The translations under genes and the position numbers were made by a program. The notes beneath the pieces are model-generated. The model made no database searches. It was not told the origin of the DNA and worked only from the letters and a program-made list of their open reading frames with translations. This document shows positions 1 to 11,987 of a stretch of DNA of 64,000 nt, piece after piece; the stretch's first letter is position 1; the number at the start of each line of letters is the position of its first letter. The DNA comes from an uncultured Acidobacteriota bacterium (lineage in GTDB: Bacteria; Acidobacteriota; Vicinamibacteria; Fen-336): contig OY970399.1 in NCBI GenBank assembly GCA_963720545.1, forward strand, positions 3,936,001-4,000,000, in the 5' to 3' direction.

Positions 1-2
1 CG

Positions 3-1400
3 AAGAACCTGCGGGTCATCGGCCGTCCCGGCGTCGGCGTCGACAACGTGGACGTCGAAGCGGCCACCCGCCACGGCATCGTGGTGATGAACTCGCCGAT
101 GGGGAACCTCGCCTCGACCGCGGAGCTGACCTTCGCGCTGCTGCTGGCGGTGGCGCGCAACATCGCGCAGGCGGACGCGTCGCTCAAGGCCGGGAAATGG
201 GACCGCAAGGCGTTCGCCGGCGCGGAGCTGTCGGGCAAGAACATCGGCGTCATCGGCTTCGGCCGCATCGGCCGCGAAGTCGCGAACCGCTGCCGGGCGT
301 TCGGCATGGAAGTGTTCGCGTTCGATCCGTTCGTGCTGCCGGCGACCATCGAGGCGCTGGGCGCGCGCGCGCTCAGCTTCGACGAGCTGCTCGCGCGCAG
401 CGACTTCATCACGCTGCACACCACCATGTCGAAGGAGACGAAGAACCTGATGGACGCCGCGGCGTTCGCGAAGCTGAAACCGGGGGCGCGCATCGTCAAT
501 GCCGCGCGCGGCGAGCTCATCGACGAAGCGGCGCTGCTGGCAGCGCTCGACAGCGGCAAGGTGGCGGGCGCGGGGCTCGACGTGCACGGCCAGGAGCCGC
601 CGGTCGACTGGCGCCTGGCACAGCACCCGAAGGTGGTGGCAACACCGCACATCGGCGCGCAGACGAAGGAAGCGCAGGAGCGGGTGGGCACCGACATCGC
701 GTACCAGGTCCGCGACTTCCTGAAGGGCGGAGTAATCTCGCAGGCGGTCAACTTCTTCTCGCTGTCGGGGGACCTCTACGACCAGGTGCGGCCGGCGATG
801 GACCTGGCTTCGCGGCTTGGCTCGTTCCTGTCGCAAACGGCGACCGGCGCGGTGCAGCGCATCGAAATCGGCCTCTACGGCGAGCTGCGCGACATCGACC
901 CCAAGCCCATCCTGCCCGCGGCGGTCGCGGGCGTGCTGCGCGGCCGCGAACCGGGCTCGATCACCTACGTGAACGCGATGGCGAAGGCGCAGGAACGGCA
1001 CATCGCCGTGGTGCAGTCGACGTCGGCCTCGCCGGTCGCGTTCTCGAGCCTCATCGCGATGCGCGTCAAGACTGCCGAGGACGACGTCTCGGTGGCCGGC
1101 GCGATCGTCGGCGGCGACCACATCCGGCTCGTGGAGATAGACGGCGTCGAGGTGGACACGATCCCCGACGGCCACATCCTCTACGTCCGCAACGACGACA
1201 CGCCCGGCGTCGTCGGGCACATCGGTGTCGCGCTCGGCGAGGAAGGCGTCAACATCGCCCGCATGACGGTTGGCCGCAAGCCCGGCTCGGGCAGGGCGGT
1301 GATGTTGATCGAGGTGGACAGCGCCGTGGGCGACGACACGGTTGCCAAAGTCCGCAAAGTCGCGGGCGTGCGCGACGCTCGCGCCATAGCGCTCGGGTAA
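3..1400 (+). CDS. serA: D-3-phosphoglycerate dehydrogenase (5' truncated by window edge)
   Basis: Frame is open from position 3 ([17 protein letters not shown]). Rossmann GFGRIG, NAARG, TPHIGA and a C-terminal ACT domain ([12 protein letters not shown]...NIARM). Confidence 0.95.
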   Translation, partial: KNLRVIGRPGVGVDNVDVEAATRHGIVVMNSPMGNLASTAELTFALLLAVARNIAQADASLKAGKWDRKAFAGAELSGKNIGVIGFGRIGREVANRCRAFGMEVFAFDPFVLPATIEALGARALSFDELLARSDFITLHTTMSKETKNLMDAAAFAKLKPGARIVNAARGELIDEAALLAALDSGKVAGAGLDVHGQEPPVDWRLAQHPKVVATPHIGAQTKEAQERVGTDIAYQVRDFLKGGVISQAVNFFSLSGDLYDQVRPAMDLASRLGSFLSQTATGAVQRIEIGLYGELRDIDPKPILPAAVAGVLRGREPGSITYVNAMAKAQERHIAVVQSTSASPVAFSSLIAMRVKTAEDDVSVAGAIVGGDHIRLVEIDGVEVDTIPDGHILYVRNDDTPGVVGHIGVALGEEGVNIARMTVGRKPGSGRAVMLIEVDSAVGDDTVAKVRKVAGVRDARAIALG

Positions 1401-1411
1401 ACTCCGGCGCC

Positions 1412-2806
1412 ATGCCCGGATACGACAGCCTGACGCCGCCGGACGGTGGCACCATCACCGTCAAGGACGGGGTGCTCAGCGTTCCCGACAACCCCGTCAT
1501 CCCGTTCGTCGAAGGCGACGGCACGGGCCGGGACATCTGGCGCGCCTCGGTGCGCGTCTTCGACGCCGCCATCGCGAAGAGCTACTCTGGCAAGCGCAAG
1601 ATCGCGTGGTTCGAGGTTCTCGCGGGCGAGAAGGCGTTCAACAAGACCCGCGAGTGGATGCCGGCCGACACGCTGCGGGCGTTCCGCGAGTTCCTGGTGG
1701 GCATCAAGGGCCCGTTGACGACGCCGGTGGGCGGCGGCATCCGGTCGCTGAACGTGGCGCTGCGCCAGGAGCTCGACCTCTACACCTGCCTGCGGCCGGT
1801 GCGTTATTTCGCGGGTGTGCCGAGCCCGGTGAAGCGGCCGGAAGCGGTGAACATGGTGATCTTCCGCGAGAACACCGAGGACATCTACGCGGGTGTCGAA
1901 TGGGCCGCGGGCAGCGCCGACGCGCACAAGGTCATCGCCTGGCTGCAGTCCGAGATGGCGGTCAACAAGATCCGCTTCCCGAAGACCAGCGGCATCGGCA
2001 TCAAGCCGATGTCGAGCGAAGGCACGGAACGGCTGGTGCGCGCCGCGATCCGGTACGCGAAGCAGTTCGGCCGCCGCAGCGTCACGCTGGTGCACAAGGG
2101 CAACATCATGAAGTTCACCGAGGGTGCCTTCCGCGACTGGGGTTACGCTCTGGCCGCGCGCGAGTTCCGTTCCGACATCGTCACCGAGCGCGAAAGCTGG
2201 ATCCTCGCCAACCGCGAGAAGAACGGGGCGATCAGCGTCGAGGAAAACGCCCGCGCCATCGACCCGGGTTACGACCTGATGACCGCGGCGCAGCAGGCGC
2301 AGGTGCGCGGCGATGTCGAGGCGGCCATGGCCCTCTGGCCGAGCCACGGCGACGGCAAGTGGAAGAAGAAGATCCTGGTGCGCGACTCGATCGCCGACAT
2401 CACCTTGCAGCAGGTGCTCACCCGGCCCGCCGAGTTCGACGTCATCGCGACGCCCAACCTCAACGGCGACTACCTCTCCGATGCGCTGGCCGCGCAGGTC
2501 GGCGGCATCGGCATCGCACCGGGCGGCAACATCAACTATGAAACCGGCCACGCGATCTTCGAGGCGACCCACGGCACCGCGCCGAAGTACGCCGACCTCG
2601 ACAAGGTCAACCCGGGCTCGGTGATCCTCTCGGGGTGCATGATGCTCCGCTACATGGGCTGGGTCGAGGCCGCCGACGCCATCGAGGCCGCCATGGGCCG
2701 CGCCATCGACCACAAGCATGTCACCTACGATTTCGCTCGCCAGATGGAGGGCGCGACCGAGGCGAAGACCTCGCAATTCGCCGACTCGATCATCGCGCGG
2801 CTGTAG
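1412..2806 (+). CDS. icd: NADP-dependent isocitrate dehydrogenase
   Basis: Start reassigned to ATG 1412. Motifs [48 protein letters not shown]. Confidence 0.97.
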   Translation: MPGYDSLTPPDGGTITVKDGVLSVPDNPVIPFVEGDGTGRDIWRASVRVFDAAIAKSYSGKRKIAWFEVLAGEKAFNKTREWMPADTLRAFREFLVGIKGPLTTPVGGGIRSLNVALRQELDLYTCLRPVRYFAGVPSPVKRPEAVNMVIFRENTEDIYAGVEWAAGSADAHKVIAWLQSEMAVNKIRFPKTSGIGIKPMSSEGTERLVRAAIRYAKQFGRRSVTLVHKGNIMKFTEGAFRDWGYALAAREFRSDIVTERESWILANREKNGAISVEENARAIDPGYDLMTAAQQAQVRGDVEAAMALWPSHGDGKWKKKILVRDSIADITLQQVLTRPAEFDVIATPNLNGDYLSDALAAQVGGIGIAPGGNINYETGHAIFEATHGTAPKYADLDKVNPGSVILSGCMMLRYMGWVEAADAIEAAMGRAIDHKHVTYDFARQMEGATEAKTSQFADSIIARL

Positions 2807-2830
2807 CAGGGAAAGGGAAGAAGGAACCAA

Positions 2831-3757
2831 ATGAACCGCAAAGTGACGGTGGTGGGCGGCGGCAACGTAGGGGCCACGCTGGCGCAGCGTATCGCCGACC
2901 GCGAACTCGCCGACGTCTGCCTCATCGACATCGTCGAGGGCATGCCGCAGGGCAAGGGCCTCGACATCATGGAGGCGGGGCCGGTGGAAGGCTCGGACGC
3001 GCGCGTGCTGGGCACCAACGACTACCAGGACACCGCCAATTCCGACGTCGTGGTCATCACGGCCGGCATCGCGCGCAAGCCCGGGATGAGCCGCGACGAC
3101 CTGCTGAACACCAACTTCAAGATCGTCAAGGAGTGCACCGAGCAGGCGCTCAAGCACTCGCCGAACGCCATCCTGGTGGTGGTGAGCAACCCGCTCGACG
3201 CCATGACGCAGGTGGCCTACAAGGTGTCGGGCTTGCCGAAGGAACGCGTGATCGGCATGGCCGGCGTTCTCGACAGCGCGCGGATGCGGACCTTCATCGC
3301 CATGGAGCTGGGCGTGTCGGTGGACAATGTCCACGCCTTCGTCCTCGGCGGCCACGGCGACACCATGGTGCCGCTGCCGCGCTACTCGACGGTGGCGGGC
3401 GTGCCGATCACCGAACTCATGAGCGCCGAGCGGGTCGAGGCGATCTGCAAGCGCACCGCGAGCGGCGGCGCGGAGATCGTAGCGCTGCTCAAAACCGGCT
3501 CCGCCTACTACGCGCCATCGTCTTCGACCGCCGAGATGGTCGATGCGATCCTCAAGGACAAGCACAAGATCCTGGCGTCCTGCTGCTATCTCGAAGGAGA
3601 GTTCGGCATCAGCGGTCTCTACGTCGGCGTGCCCGCACAGCTGGGCGCCAAGGGCGTCGAGAAGATCTGGGAGATCAAGCTCACCGACACCGAAAACGCG
3701 GCACTGCAGAAGTCGGCCGCGGCTGTGAAGGAACTGGTGGACATCCTCAAGATCTGA
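2831..3757 (+). CDS. mdh: Malate dehydrogenase (LDH-like)
   Basis: [22 protein letters not shown] motifs; follows icd with purine-rich RBS. Confidence 0.97.
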   Translation: MNRKVTVVGGGNVGATLAQRIADRELADVCLIDIVEGMPQGKGLDIMEAGPVEGSDARVLGTNDYQDTANSDVVVITAGIARKPGMSRDDLLNTNFKIVKECTEQALKHSPNAILVVVSNPLDAMTQVAYKVSGLPKERVIGMAGVLDSARMRTFIAMELGVSVDNVHAFVLGGHGDTMVPLPRYSTVAGVPITELMSAERVEAICKRTASGGAEIVALLKTGSAYYAPSSSTAEMVDAILKDKHKILASCCYLEGEFGISGLYVGVPAQLGAKGVEKIWEIKLTDTENAALQKSAAAVKELVDILKI

Positions 3758-3768
3758 GGAGACAAGAC

Positions 3769-4197
3769 ATGGCGCCGGCGAAGAAGAAGGCCGCAAAAAA
3801 GCGGACCGCGACCAAGGCGTCGCCGAAGAGGCAACCGGCAGTGAAGGCCTCGACCGCGCTCGTCGCCATGCGCCGGATCTGCCTGAGCCTGCCGGACACC
3901 ACCGAGACGCTCACCTGGGGCCAGCCGCACTTCCGCGTCGCTGACAAGATCTTCTCCGGCTGCGGCGATGAGAAGGGCCGCCTCACCATCGGCTTCAAGC
4001 TCGAGATGGAGCACGCCGCGGCGATCCTTTCCGACCCGCGCTTCACGCGCGCACCGTACGTCGGCCGCTACGGCTGGGTGTCGATGGACGCGAGCCAGGT
4101 GGACGACTGGAAGCAGGTGGAGATGCTGGTGCGCGAGAGCTACTCGCTCATCGCGCCCAAGGCGAGCGTCGCCAAGCTGCGCCGCTCGCAACCTTGA
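3769..4197 (+). CDS. MmcQ/YjbR family DNA-binding protein with Lys/Ala-rich N-terminal tail
   Basis: RBS GAGGAG before ATG 3769; CLSLP..ETLTWGQPHFRV.DKIF and APYVGRYGWV...LVRESYSLIAP patterns. Confidence 0.85.
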   Translation: MAPAKKKAAKKRTATKASPKRQPAVKASTALVAMRRICLSLPDTTETLTWGQPHFRVADKIFSGCGDEKGRLTIGFKLEMEHAAAILSDPRFTRAPYVGRYGWVSMDASQVDDWKQVEMLVRESYSLIAPKASVAKLRRSQP

Positions 4198-4298
4198 GCG
4201 TTTCCTGAGCGAGCACTGAAGACAGCAGCGGCGGCATCGCCGTATCTTCTCCGCAGGTTGATCGCGTTGATCGGCTCTCCCTCCCAAGGAGAAACGCC

Positions 4299-4472
4299 GT
4301 GGCTCTCAACCCAAAGAAGTACACGCTGGTCGTGCAGTTGCTGTCACCGGGAATCGTGAGCGGCGCCGGTGGCATTGGCATCGTCGGCGGCAAGATCGTC
4401 AAGATTCCTCCGCGTGGCCCCGCCTACCGACAGATCGTCGGCCTGATGAAGGACCTGGCCCGCGGCGGCTAG
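4299..4472 (+). CDS. Small hypothetical protein, 57 aa (not in ORF track)
   Basis: AAGGAGA at 4286-4292, GTG 4299, TAG 4470-4472. Translation MALNPKKYTLVVQLLSPGIVSGAGGIGIVGGKIVKIPPRGPAYRQIVGLMKDLARGG. Confidence 0.6.
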   Translation: MALNPKKYTLVVQLLSPGIVSGAGGIGIVGGKIVKIPPRGPAYRQIVGLMKDLARGG

Positions 4473-4539
4473 CCGCTGACGATTGACAGCGTCGATCTGG
4501 CCAACTGCGTCCGGACGCAGTTGGCGGTAGGGTCTGCCG

Positions 4540-5160
4540 CTATCTCAGCTTGCTGGTCCGGGTGCTGACGGTCATGACGTCGGGGTCGTCGGACATGGCG
4601 GAGAGAAACTGCTCCAGGGCGCGGGCGGAGCCGCGCAGGTGCAGTTCGAGCACGAGGTCGTCGCCTTCCTGGCGCGAGTCGCGCCGCTCGATCTGGGCGC
4701 CGGCGGTGGCGGCAACCGACGCGACGTTCGCAGCCACGTTCGCTTGCGGGCGGGTGTGCACCATGAAGAGGCGGTGCTTCACGCGCCGCTCCACCCAGCG
4801 CTCGGCCCATTCGATGCCGGCGAGCACGACCAGGGCGCCGGCCGTGGAGCCTGCAGCTTCGGCGTACTGACCCGAGCCCACCGCCATGCCGATGGCTGTG
4901 ACCACCCAGATGGTCGCGGCGCTGGTGAGCCCGGTGACCGAGCCCTTGTGGTGCAGGATGGTGCCGGCGCCGATGAAGCCGATGCCGGTGAGGATTTGCG
5001 CGGCGATTCTGCCAGGATCGCCGCCGATGACGGTGAAGTGCAGCGACAGGCGCGTGAACATGGTGGCGCCGAGGCCGATGAGGATGTTGGTGCGCAGGCC
5101 AGCGGGCTTGCCCTTCAGCTCGCGCTCCATGCCGATGATGCCGCTGAGCAGCACCGACAA
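4540..5160 (-). CDS. MgtC/SapB family membrane protein (start uncertain)
   Basis: IGMERE..GKPAGLRT, DPGRIAAQILTGIGFIGAG, GLTSAATIW motifs; ACT-like C-terminus. Confidence 0.9.
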   Translation of the reverse strand: MSVLLSGIIGMERELKGKPAGLRTNILIGLGATMFTRLSLHFTVIGGDPGRIAAQILTGIGFIGAGTILHHKGSVTGLTSAATIWVVTAIGMAVGSGQYAEAAGSTAGALVVLAGIEWAERWVERRVKHRLFMVHTRPQANVAANVASVAATAGAQIERRDSRQEGDDLVLELHLRGSARALEQFLSAMSDDPDVMTVSTRTSKLR

Positions 5161-5203
5161 CGCGAGTTGCGTCAGGAGGTCGTAAGGAGGCGTGGCCTGG
5201 TTC

Positions 5204-6001
5204 CTAGTCGCCGCCGCCGTCCGACGCCTTGGCCGCGCGCCGCCCGTGGGCGGCGCTGGCGCGCAGCCACTCGCGGTTCAGGCGCGCGATGAAGTCGATC
5301 GGGATCTCCTTCGGGCACGCGGCCTCGCACTCGCGATGATTGCTGCAGCCGCCGAAGCCTTCCGCGTCCATCGCCGCAACCATGTTGAGCACGCGCTCCT
5401 CGCGCTCCGCCTGGCCCTGGGGCAGGAGGGCCAGGTGCGAGACCTTGGCCGCGACGAACAGCATGGCCGAAGCGTTGGGGCAGGCGGCGACGCAGGCGCC
5501 ACAGCCGATGCAGGCGGCCGCGTCCATCGCGAGGTCGGCATTTTCCTTGCGGATCGGGATGGCGTTGCCGTCGGGCGCGCTGCCGGTCGGCGCGCTGACG
5601 AACCCGCCCTTCGCGATGATGCGGTCGAACGCCTTGCGATCGACGATCAGGTCCTTCATGACCGGGAAGGCGCTGGCGCGCCACGGCTCGATCGTCACGG
5701 TGTCGCCGTCGTCGAAGCTGCGCATGTGCAGCTGGCAGGTGGTGGTGGCGCGGCGCGGGCCGTGCGGCGCGCCGTTCACCACCACGCCGCACATGCCGCA
5801 AATGCCCTCGCGGCAGTCGTGGTCGAAGGCGATCGGGTCGACGCCCCGGGCCGTAAGCCCTTCGTTCACCACGTCGAGCATCTCGAGGAACGACATGTCG
5901 GGGCTGACGTCGCGGGCCTCGTAGCTCTCGAAGCGGCCCGCCGCCTGCGCGCTCGGCTGGCGCCAGACCTTGAGCGTAAGCTTCATCGCCGCGCGGGTCA
6001 C
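5204..6001 (-). CDS. sdhB: Succinate dehydrogenase/fumarate reductase iron-sulfur subunit (start GTG 6001 or ATG 5986)
   Basis: [39 protein letters not shown]e-S motifs. Confidence 0.95.
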   Translation of the reverse strand: MTRAAMKLTLKVWRQPSAQAAGRFESYEARDVSPDMSFLEMLDVVNEGLTARGVDPIAFDHDCREGICGMCGVVVNGAPHGPRRATTTCQLHMRSFDDGDTVTIEPWRASAFPVMKDLIVDRKAFDRIIAKGGFVSAPTGSAPDGNAIPIRKENADLAMDAAACIGCGACVAACPNASAMLFVAAKVSHLALLPQGQAEREERVLNMVAAMDAEGFGGCSNHRECEAACPKEIPIDFIARLNREWLRASAAHGRRAAKASDGGGD

Positions 6002-6020
6002 TTGTAGCTCCTCTGCAAGG
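5998..6020 (-). repeat. Degenerate duplicate of the sdhA 3' end (encodes QRSYK-stop)
   Basis: Minus strand CAGAGGAGCTACAAGTGA here versus CAGCGCAGCTACAAGTAG at the real sdhA end; identical core ACTTGTAGCT at 6000-6009 and 9373-9382. Confidence 0.8.
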
Positions 6021-6160
6021 ATTGCGTACGGGATGCTGGCACTTCTTCAATGCTCGCACGGAACCGGCTGTTGCTAAAAAGTGGAAAGCGCAATCACCGG
6101 CGCATATTGAAATAACCGAAAAGCTCTTTTCGCGGGCCTTCGGGCCGTTCACGAGATGTA

Positions 6161-6201
6161 ATACAACTGTAGCAAGACATAGAGCAGTTGTGATATACAG
6201 T
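6161..6201 (+). promoter_or_regulatory. Candidate chrB promoter/operator
   Basis: AT-rich; inverted repeat ACAACTG(6163-6169)-N15-CAGTTGT(6185-6191); TACAGT 6196-6201 just before ATG 6206. Confidence 0.45.
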
Positions 6202-6205
6202 AGTC

Positions 6206-7168
6206 ATGTCTGATGTTGCAAACCCTCGTTGGCTGCTGCTGATCCATCAGATTCCGCCCCAACCGAGTTATCTGCGGGTGAAGGTCGGTCGTCGGTTGCA
6301 CGGGCTGGGCGCCGTGGCGGTGAAGAACTCGGTCTACGTGCTGCCTCGCGGCGACCAGGCGCTCGAAGACTTCCAATGGGTACGGCGCGAAATCGTGGAC
6401 GGTGGTGGCGACGCGTCCGTTTGCGAGGCGCGCTTCGTCGAAGGCCTCTCGGACGACGCGGTTGAGGCGTTGTTCATGGTCGCTCGCGATGCCGACTACG
6501 CATCGTTGGCCGGGGAGGGGCGCCGGCTTCAGGCAGCGATCGGCCGTCGCAAGCGTCCGCGCGAGGCCAATGGGCCTGCTGCCGCGGCGCTGCTGCGCCT
6601 GCGCAAACGCCTGGGCGAAGTCGCGGGCATCGACTTCTTCGGAGCCCGCGGCCGCGGCGTCGTCGAGGGCTTGCTGGCGTCGATCGATGCCGCGCTGCGA
6701 CCCGCGCCGGATGCGAAGGCGGTGAAGGAGACGCCACTCGCCGAAGTGCGCAGCCGGACGTGGGTCACGCGCAAGGACGTGCACATCGACCGCATAGCCT
6801 CCGTCTGGCTGATCCGGCGCTTCATCGACGCTGAGGCAAAGTTCAAGTTCGTGCGCGGAGAATACCAACCCGAGAAGGACGAGCTGCGCTTCGACATGTT
6901 CGAGGGCGAGTTCACTCACGAGGGCGAGCTGTGCACGTTCGAGGTGCTGTTGCGCCGGTTCCGGCTCGAGGACGCGGCGCTGCGCCATATCGGCGAGATC
7001 GTGCACGACATCGACCTCAAGGACGCCAGGTTCGCCCGGCACGAAGCGGCGGGCATCGATCGGCTGATCGTCGGCATTGCGATGCGCCACGAGAGCGACG
7101 AGGCGCGCCTCGAGGAAGGCGCCCACGCGTTCGCGTCGCTCTACGAGTACTTCAAACGGAAGGCGTGA
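6206..7168 (+). CDS. chrB: Chromate resistance protein ChrB (N-terminal plus C-terminal ChrB domains)
   Basis: WLLLIHQIP..PSYLRVKV.RRL N-terminus; WVTR..VHIDRIAS.WLIRRFID, FTHEGELCTFE, IVHDIDLKD. Confidence 0.88.
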   Translation: MSDVANPRWLLLIHQIPPQPSYLRVKVGRRLHGLGAVAVKNSVYVLPRGDQALEDFQWVRREIVDGGGDASVCEARFVEGLSDDAVEALFMVARDADYASLAGEGRRLQAAIGRRKRPREANGPAAAALLRLRKRLGEVAGIDFFGARGRGVVEGLLASIDAALRPAPDAKAVKETPLAEVRSRTWVTRKDVHIDRIASVWLIRRFIDAEAKFKFVRGEYQPEKDELRFDMFEGEFTHEGELCTFEVLLRRFRLEDAALRHIGEIVHDIDLKDARFARHEAAGIDRLIVGIAMRHESDEARLEEGAHAFASLYEYFKRKA

Positions 7169-7172
7169 CGGC

Positions 7173-8159
7173 ATGGACACGCTGGTCCTGACGCGGAGCG
7201 ACGTGCAGGCGCTGCTCGATATGGACGCGTGCATCTCCGGTGTCGAGCAGGCGTTCCGGCTCCACGCCGAGGGTCGGAGCCTGGCGCCAGGAGTCCTGGG
7301 CGTTCCTGCACCCCAGGGAGGCTTCCACATCAAGGCCGCCGGTTTGCAGCTCGGCCGGCTGTACTTCGTAGCGAAGACGAACGCGAATTTCCCCGGCAAC
7401 CCGGCCAGGCACGGCCTGCCGGCCATTCAGGGAATCATCGTCCTTTGCGACGCCGACAACGGGTGCGCGCTGGCGGTGATGGACTCGATGGAGGTCACCG
7501 CCAGACGCACTGCCGCAGCCACGGCAGTCGCTGCGAAGCGGCTTGCTCGCGGCGACGCGAGCGTCGTTACCATTTGCGGCTGCGGGCTGCAGGGCCGCGA
7601 GCAGCTCCGTGCGCTCGCCCGTGTTCGATCCATACGGCGTGCCTACGCGTTCGATCTCAACGCCGCTACGGCGGAGGCGTTCGCGCGCGACCTCTCGTCG
7701 GAGCTGGGCTTCGAGGTGGTGGTCGCTCGCGACCTCGCGAGCGCCGTGCGAGGAAGTCACGTGTGCGTCACCTGCACCCCGTCGCGTAAGGCGTTTTTGC
7801 TGGTGGATCATGTGACGCCCGGCACCTTCGTGGCGGCTGTCGGCGCGGACAGCTCCGACAAGCAGGAACTCGATCCGCGGTTGATGGCGAAAGCGCTCGT
7901 TGTCGTGGATGTCCTCGAACAATGCGCTTCGATCGGGGACCTCCATCACGCGCTGGACGCGGGCGCGCTCACCCGGGACACGGTGCATGCGGAGCTGGCG
8001 GACGTCGTGACGGGCCGAAAGTCGGGGCGCCGATCGGACGACGAGATCACGGTGTTCGACTCCACGGGGACGGCGATCGAAGACGTGGCGGCCGCCGCAG
8101 TCGTGTACGAGAGAGCAGTCGCCTCCGGCCGCGGGCACGGCGTGGCCTTCGGGAGCTGA
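7173..8159 (+). CDS. Ornithine cyclodeaminase / mu-crystallin family protein
   Basis: ATG 7173; RTAAATAVAAK.LAR, GCGLQG, AVGAD, FDSTGTAIEDVAAA. Confidence 0.9.
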   Translation: MDTLVLTRSDVQALLDMDACISGVEQAFRLHAEGRSLAPGVLGVPAPQGGFHIKAAGLQLGRLYFVAKTNANFPGNPARHGLPAIQGIIVLCDADNGCALAVMDSMEVTARRTAAATAVAAKRLARGDASVVTICGCGLQGREQLRALARVRSIRRAYAFDLNAATAEAFARDLSSELGFEVVVARDLASAVRGSHVCVTCTPSRKAFLLVDHVTPGTFVAAVGADSSDKQELDPRLMAKALVVVDVLEQCASIGDLHHALDAGALTRDTVHAELADVVTGRKSGRRSDDEITVFDSTGTAIEDVAAAAVVYERAVASGRGHGVAFGS

Positions 8160-8182
8160 GTGCGGAGACGCGGGGCACCGCC

Positions 8183-9358
8183 ATGACCGGACCGACGGCC
8201 ACATCCGCAGAGATTTCTGGTCCCTGCACGATCTCGGAGCTGGTCCGCTATTTCCTCTGGCTCGGCACCACCGGTTTCGGCGGTCCGATCGCTCTCGTGG
8301 GCTTCATGCAGCGCGACCTCGTGGAAAAACGCCGCTGGTTCACGACGCAGGAATACCGCGACGGCCTCGCACTAGCCCAGCTCGCGCCGGGTCCGCTTGC
8401 GGCGCAGCTCGCCATGTACCTCGGATGGGCACGCCGTGGCGCACTCGGGGCGGCCCTGGTGGGTGTTGCCTTCGTTGTCCCGTCGTTCGTCATGGTTCTC
8501 CTACTGGCCGTCGGCTACCTCCGCTTCGGCGGCCTGTCCTGGATGCAAGGCGCGTTCTACGGGATCGGGGCCGCCGTCATCGCCATCATCGCTCGCAGCG
8601 CGGTGAAGCTGACGCGCCTGACCCTGGGGCGTGATTTGCTGCTGTGGAGCCTGTTCGCCGTGGCTGCGGCGGTGACCGCCTGGACGGAATCGGAGGTCGT
8701 CTGGGTGTTCCTCGGTTCGGGAGCGCTCGCGACACTCGTCCGTGGCAAGCCGTTCGCGCGGACCTCGAGTACCGCGCTCGGGATCGCGGTCCTGCCTCCG
8801 TCACTCGTAACCGGCCTGCTGGGACCCTCCAGCACCGAAACCGTGTGGAAGATCGGCTGGTATTTCGCCGAAGCAGGCGCCTTTGTCTTTGGCAGCGGCC
8901 TTGCCATCGTCCCCTTTCTGCACGGGGGCGTCGTGCAGGAGTTCGGCTGGCTCAACGAGCGGCAGTTCCTGGACGCTGTCGCTGTGGCCATGATCACGCC
9001 AGGTCCGGTCGTCATCACCGTGGGCTTCATCGGCTACCTGGTGGCAGGCCCCGCGGGCGCCGTCGTCGCCGCGCTCGGCACGTTCTTGCCCTGTTACGTC
9101 TTCACTGTCCTACCCGCTCCCCATTTCCAACGCTGGTCGCGAAACACGACGGTCCGGGCCTTCGTGGACGGCGTCACGGCCGCGGCGACTGGCGCGATCG
9201 CAGGCGCGGCCCTCGTCCTGGGACGTCGAGCCGTCGTCGACCTGCCGACCTTCGTGATCGCCGCGTCGGTCCTGGGCGTGGCCTGGCGCTGGCGGAAGGC
9301 CCCGGAGCCGGTCTTGATTCTTGCCGCCGGGCTCGTGGGCGTGATGCTTCGGGGCTGA
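8183..9358 (+). CDS. chrA: Chromate efflux transporter ChrA (long-chain CHR)
   Basis: GFGGP, AQLAPGP, FGSGLAIVPFL, AMITPGPV; two-repeat CHR architecture. Confidence 0.95.
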   Translation: MTGPTATSAEISGPCTISELVRYFLWLGTTGFGGPIALVGFMQRDLVEKRRWFTTQEYRDGLALAQLAPGPLAAQLAMYLGWARRGALGAALVGVAFVVPSFVMVLLLAVGYLRFGGLSWMQGAFYGIGAAVIAIIARSAVKLTRLTLGRDLLLWSLFAVAAAVTAWTESEVVWVFLGSGALATLVRGKPFARTSSTALGIAVLPPSLVTGLLGPSSTETVWKIGWYFAEAGAFVFGSGLAIVPFLHGGVVQEFGWLNERQFLDAVAVAMITPGPVVITVGFIGYLVAGPAGAVVAALGTFLPCYVFTVLPAPHFQRWSRNTTVRAFVDGVTAAATGAIAGAALVLGRRAVVDLPTFVIAASVLGVAWRWRKAPEPVLILAAGLVGVMLRG

Positions 9359-9370
9359 GGTAGCCCGCGA

Positions 9371-11284
<1,914 letters not shown>

Positions 11285-11289
11285 GCGCG

Positions 11290-11976
11290 TCAGCGCCCGC
11301 CGCCGTGCTGCGGCGCGCCGGCGATCTCCGAAACCGGCGGCGCTTTTATGTATCCCGTCAGGACCGCGATGGGAAACGAGATGTTTCCTGCCACCACCAC
11401 GGCCGTGATGATGCTGGCGGCTGCGCGGCGCAGCGGGTCGTAGCGCGGATGGCTGATGCCGAGCGTCTGCATCAGGCTCCAGATGCCGTGGTACATGTGC
11501 AGGCCGAGCGCCAGCATCGAGAGGATGTAGACGATGGAAATCGGCAGCGAGCGGAAGGCGTCGACGAAGTTGTGGGTGATGGCGCCTTCGACGAACGTCG
11601 GGTGCACCGTGCCGAAGGTGAAGTGCAGCAGGTGATAGAAGATGAACAGCAGCAGCCAGACGCCGGTGAGGCGCATGGTGCGCGAGGCGTAGCTGGACGC
11701 GATCGCCTGCGTGCGGTCGTAGCCGACCGGCCGGGCGCTCCAGTCGGTGCGAGTGATCGACCAGGCCGCCCAGACGTGCGCGACGACAGCAACCAGCAGG
11801 CCGAGCCGCGCTGTCCACAGAAGCGCCGGGAGACGGCGCAGCGCCGCGCCATACTCGTCGAGCTTCGTGGGACCGAAGTACACCTGCAGGTTGCCGGCCA
11901 TGTGCGCGACGACGAAACCGACTATGGCGATGCCGCTCACCGCCATCACGACCTTGCGGCCGATAGTCGAGTTCAT
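11290..11976 (-). CDS. sdhC: Succinate dehydrogenase cytochrome b subunit
   Basis: [35 protein letters not shown]; about five hydrophobic helices. ATG 11976 preferred over GTG 11982. Confidence 0.92.
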   Translation of the reverse strand: MNSTIGRKVVMAVSGIAIVGFVVAHMAGNLQVYFGPTKLDEYGAALRRLPALLWTARLGLLVAVVAHVWAAWSITRTDWSARPVGYDRTQAIASSYASRTMRLTGVWLLLFIFYHLLHFTFGTVHPTFVEGAITHNFVDAFRSLPISIVYILSMLALGLHMYHGIWSLMQTLGISHPRYDPLRRAAASIITAVVVAGNISFPIAVLTGYIKAPPVSEIAGAPQHGGGR

Positions 11977-11987
11977 TTGCACTTATT

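Noticed and set aside
197..1411. Apparent N-terminal extensions or fusions on icd, sdhA (to 11818), dctA (from 28304) and ligA (from 60414)
   Set aside because: They overlap real upstream genes in another frame; downstream starts fit family lengths.
1181..3796. 871-aa minus-strand ORF and similar long antisense ORFs (12484-15048, 24427-26823, 59022-62168)
   Set aside because: Shadow frames of well-supported genes on the opposite strand; expected in high-GC DNA and lacking recognisable motifs.
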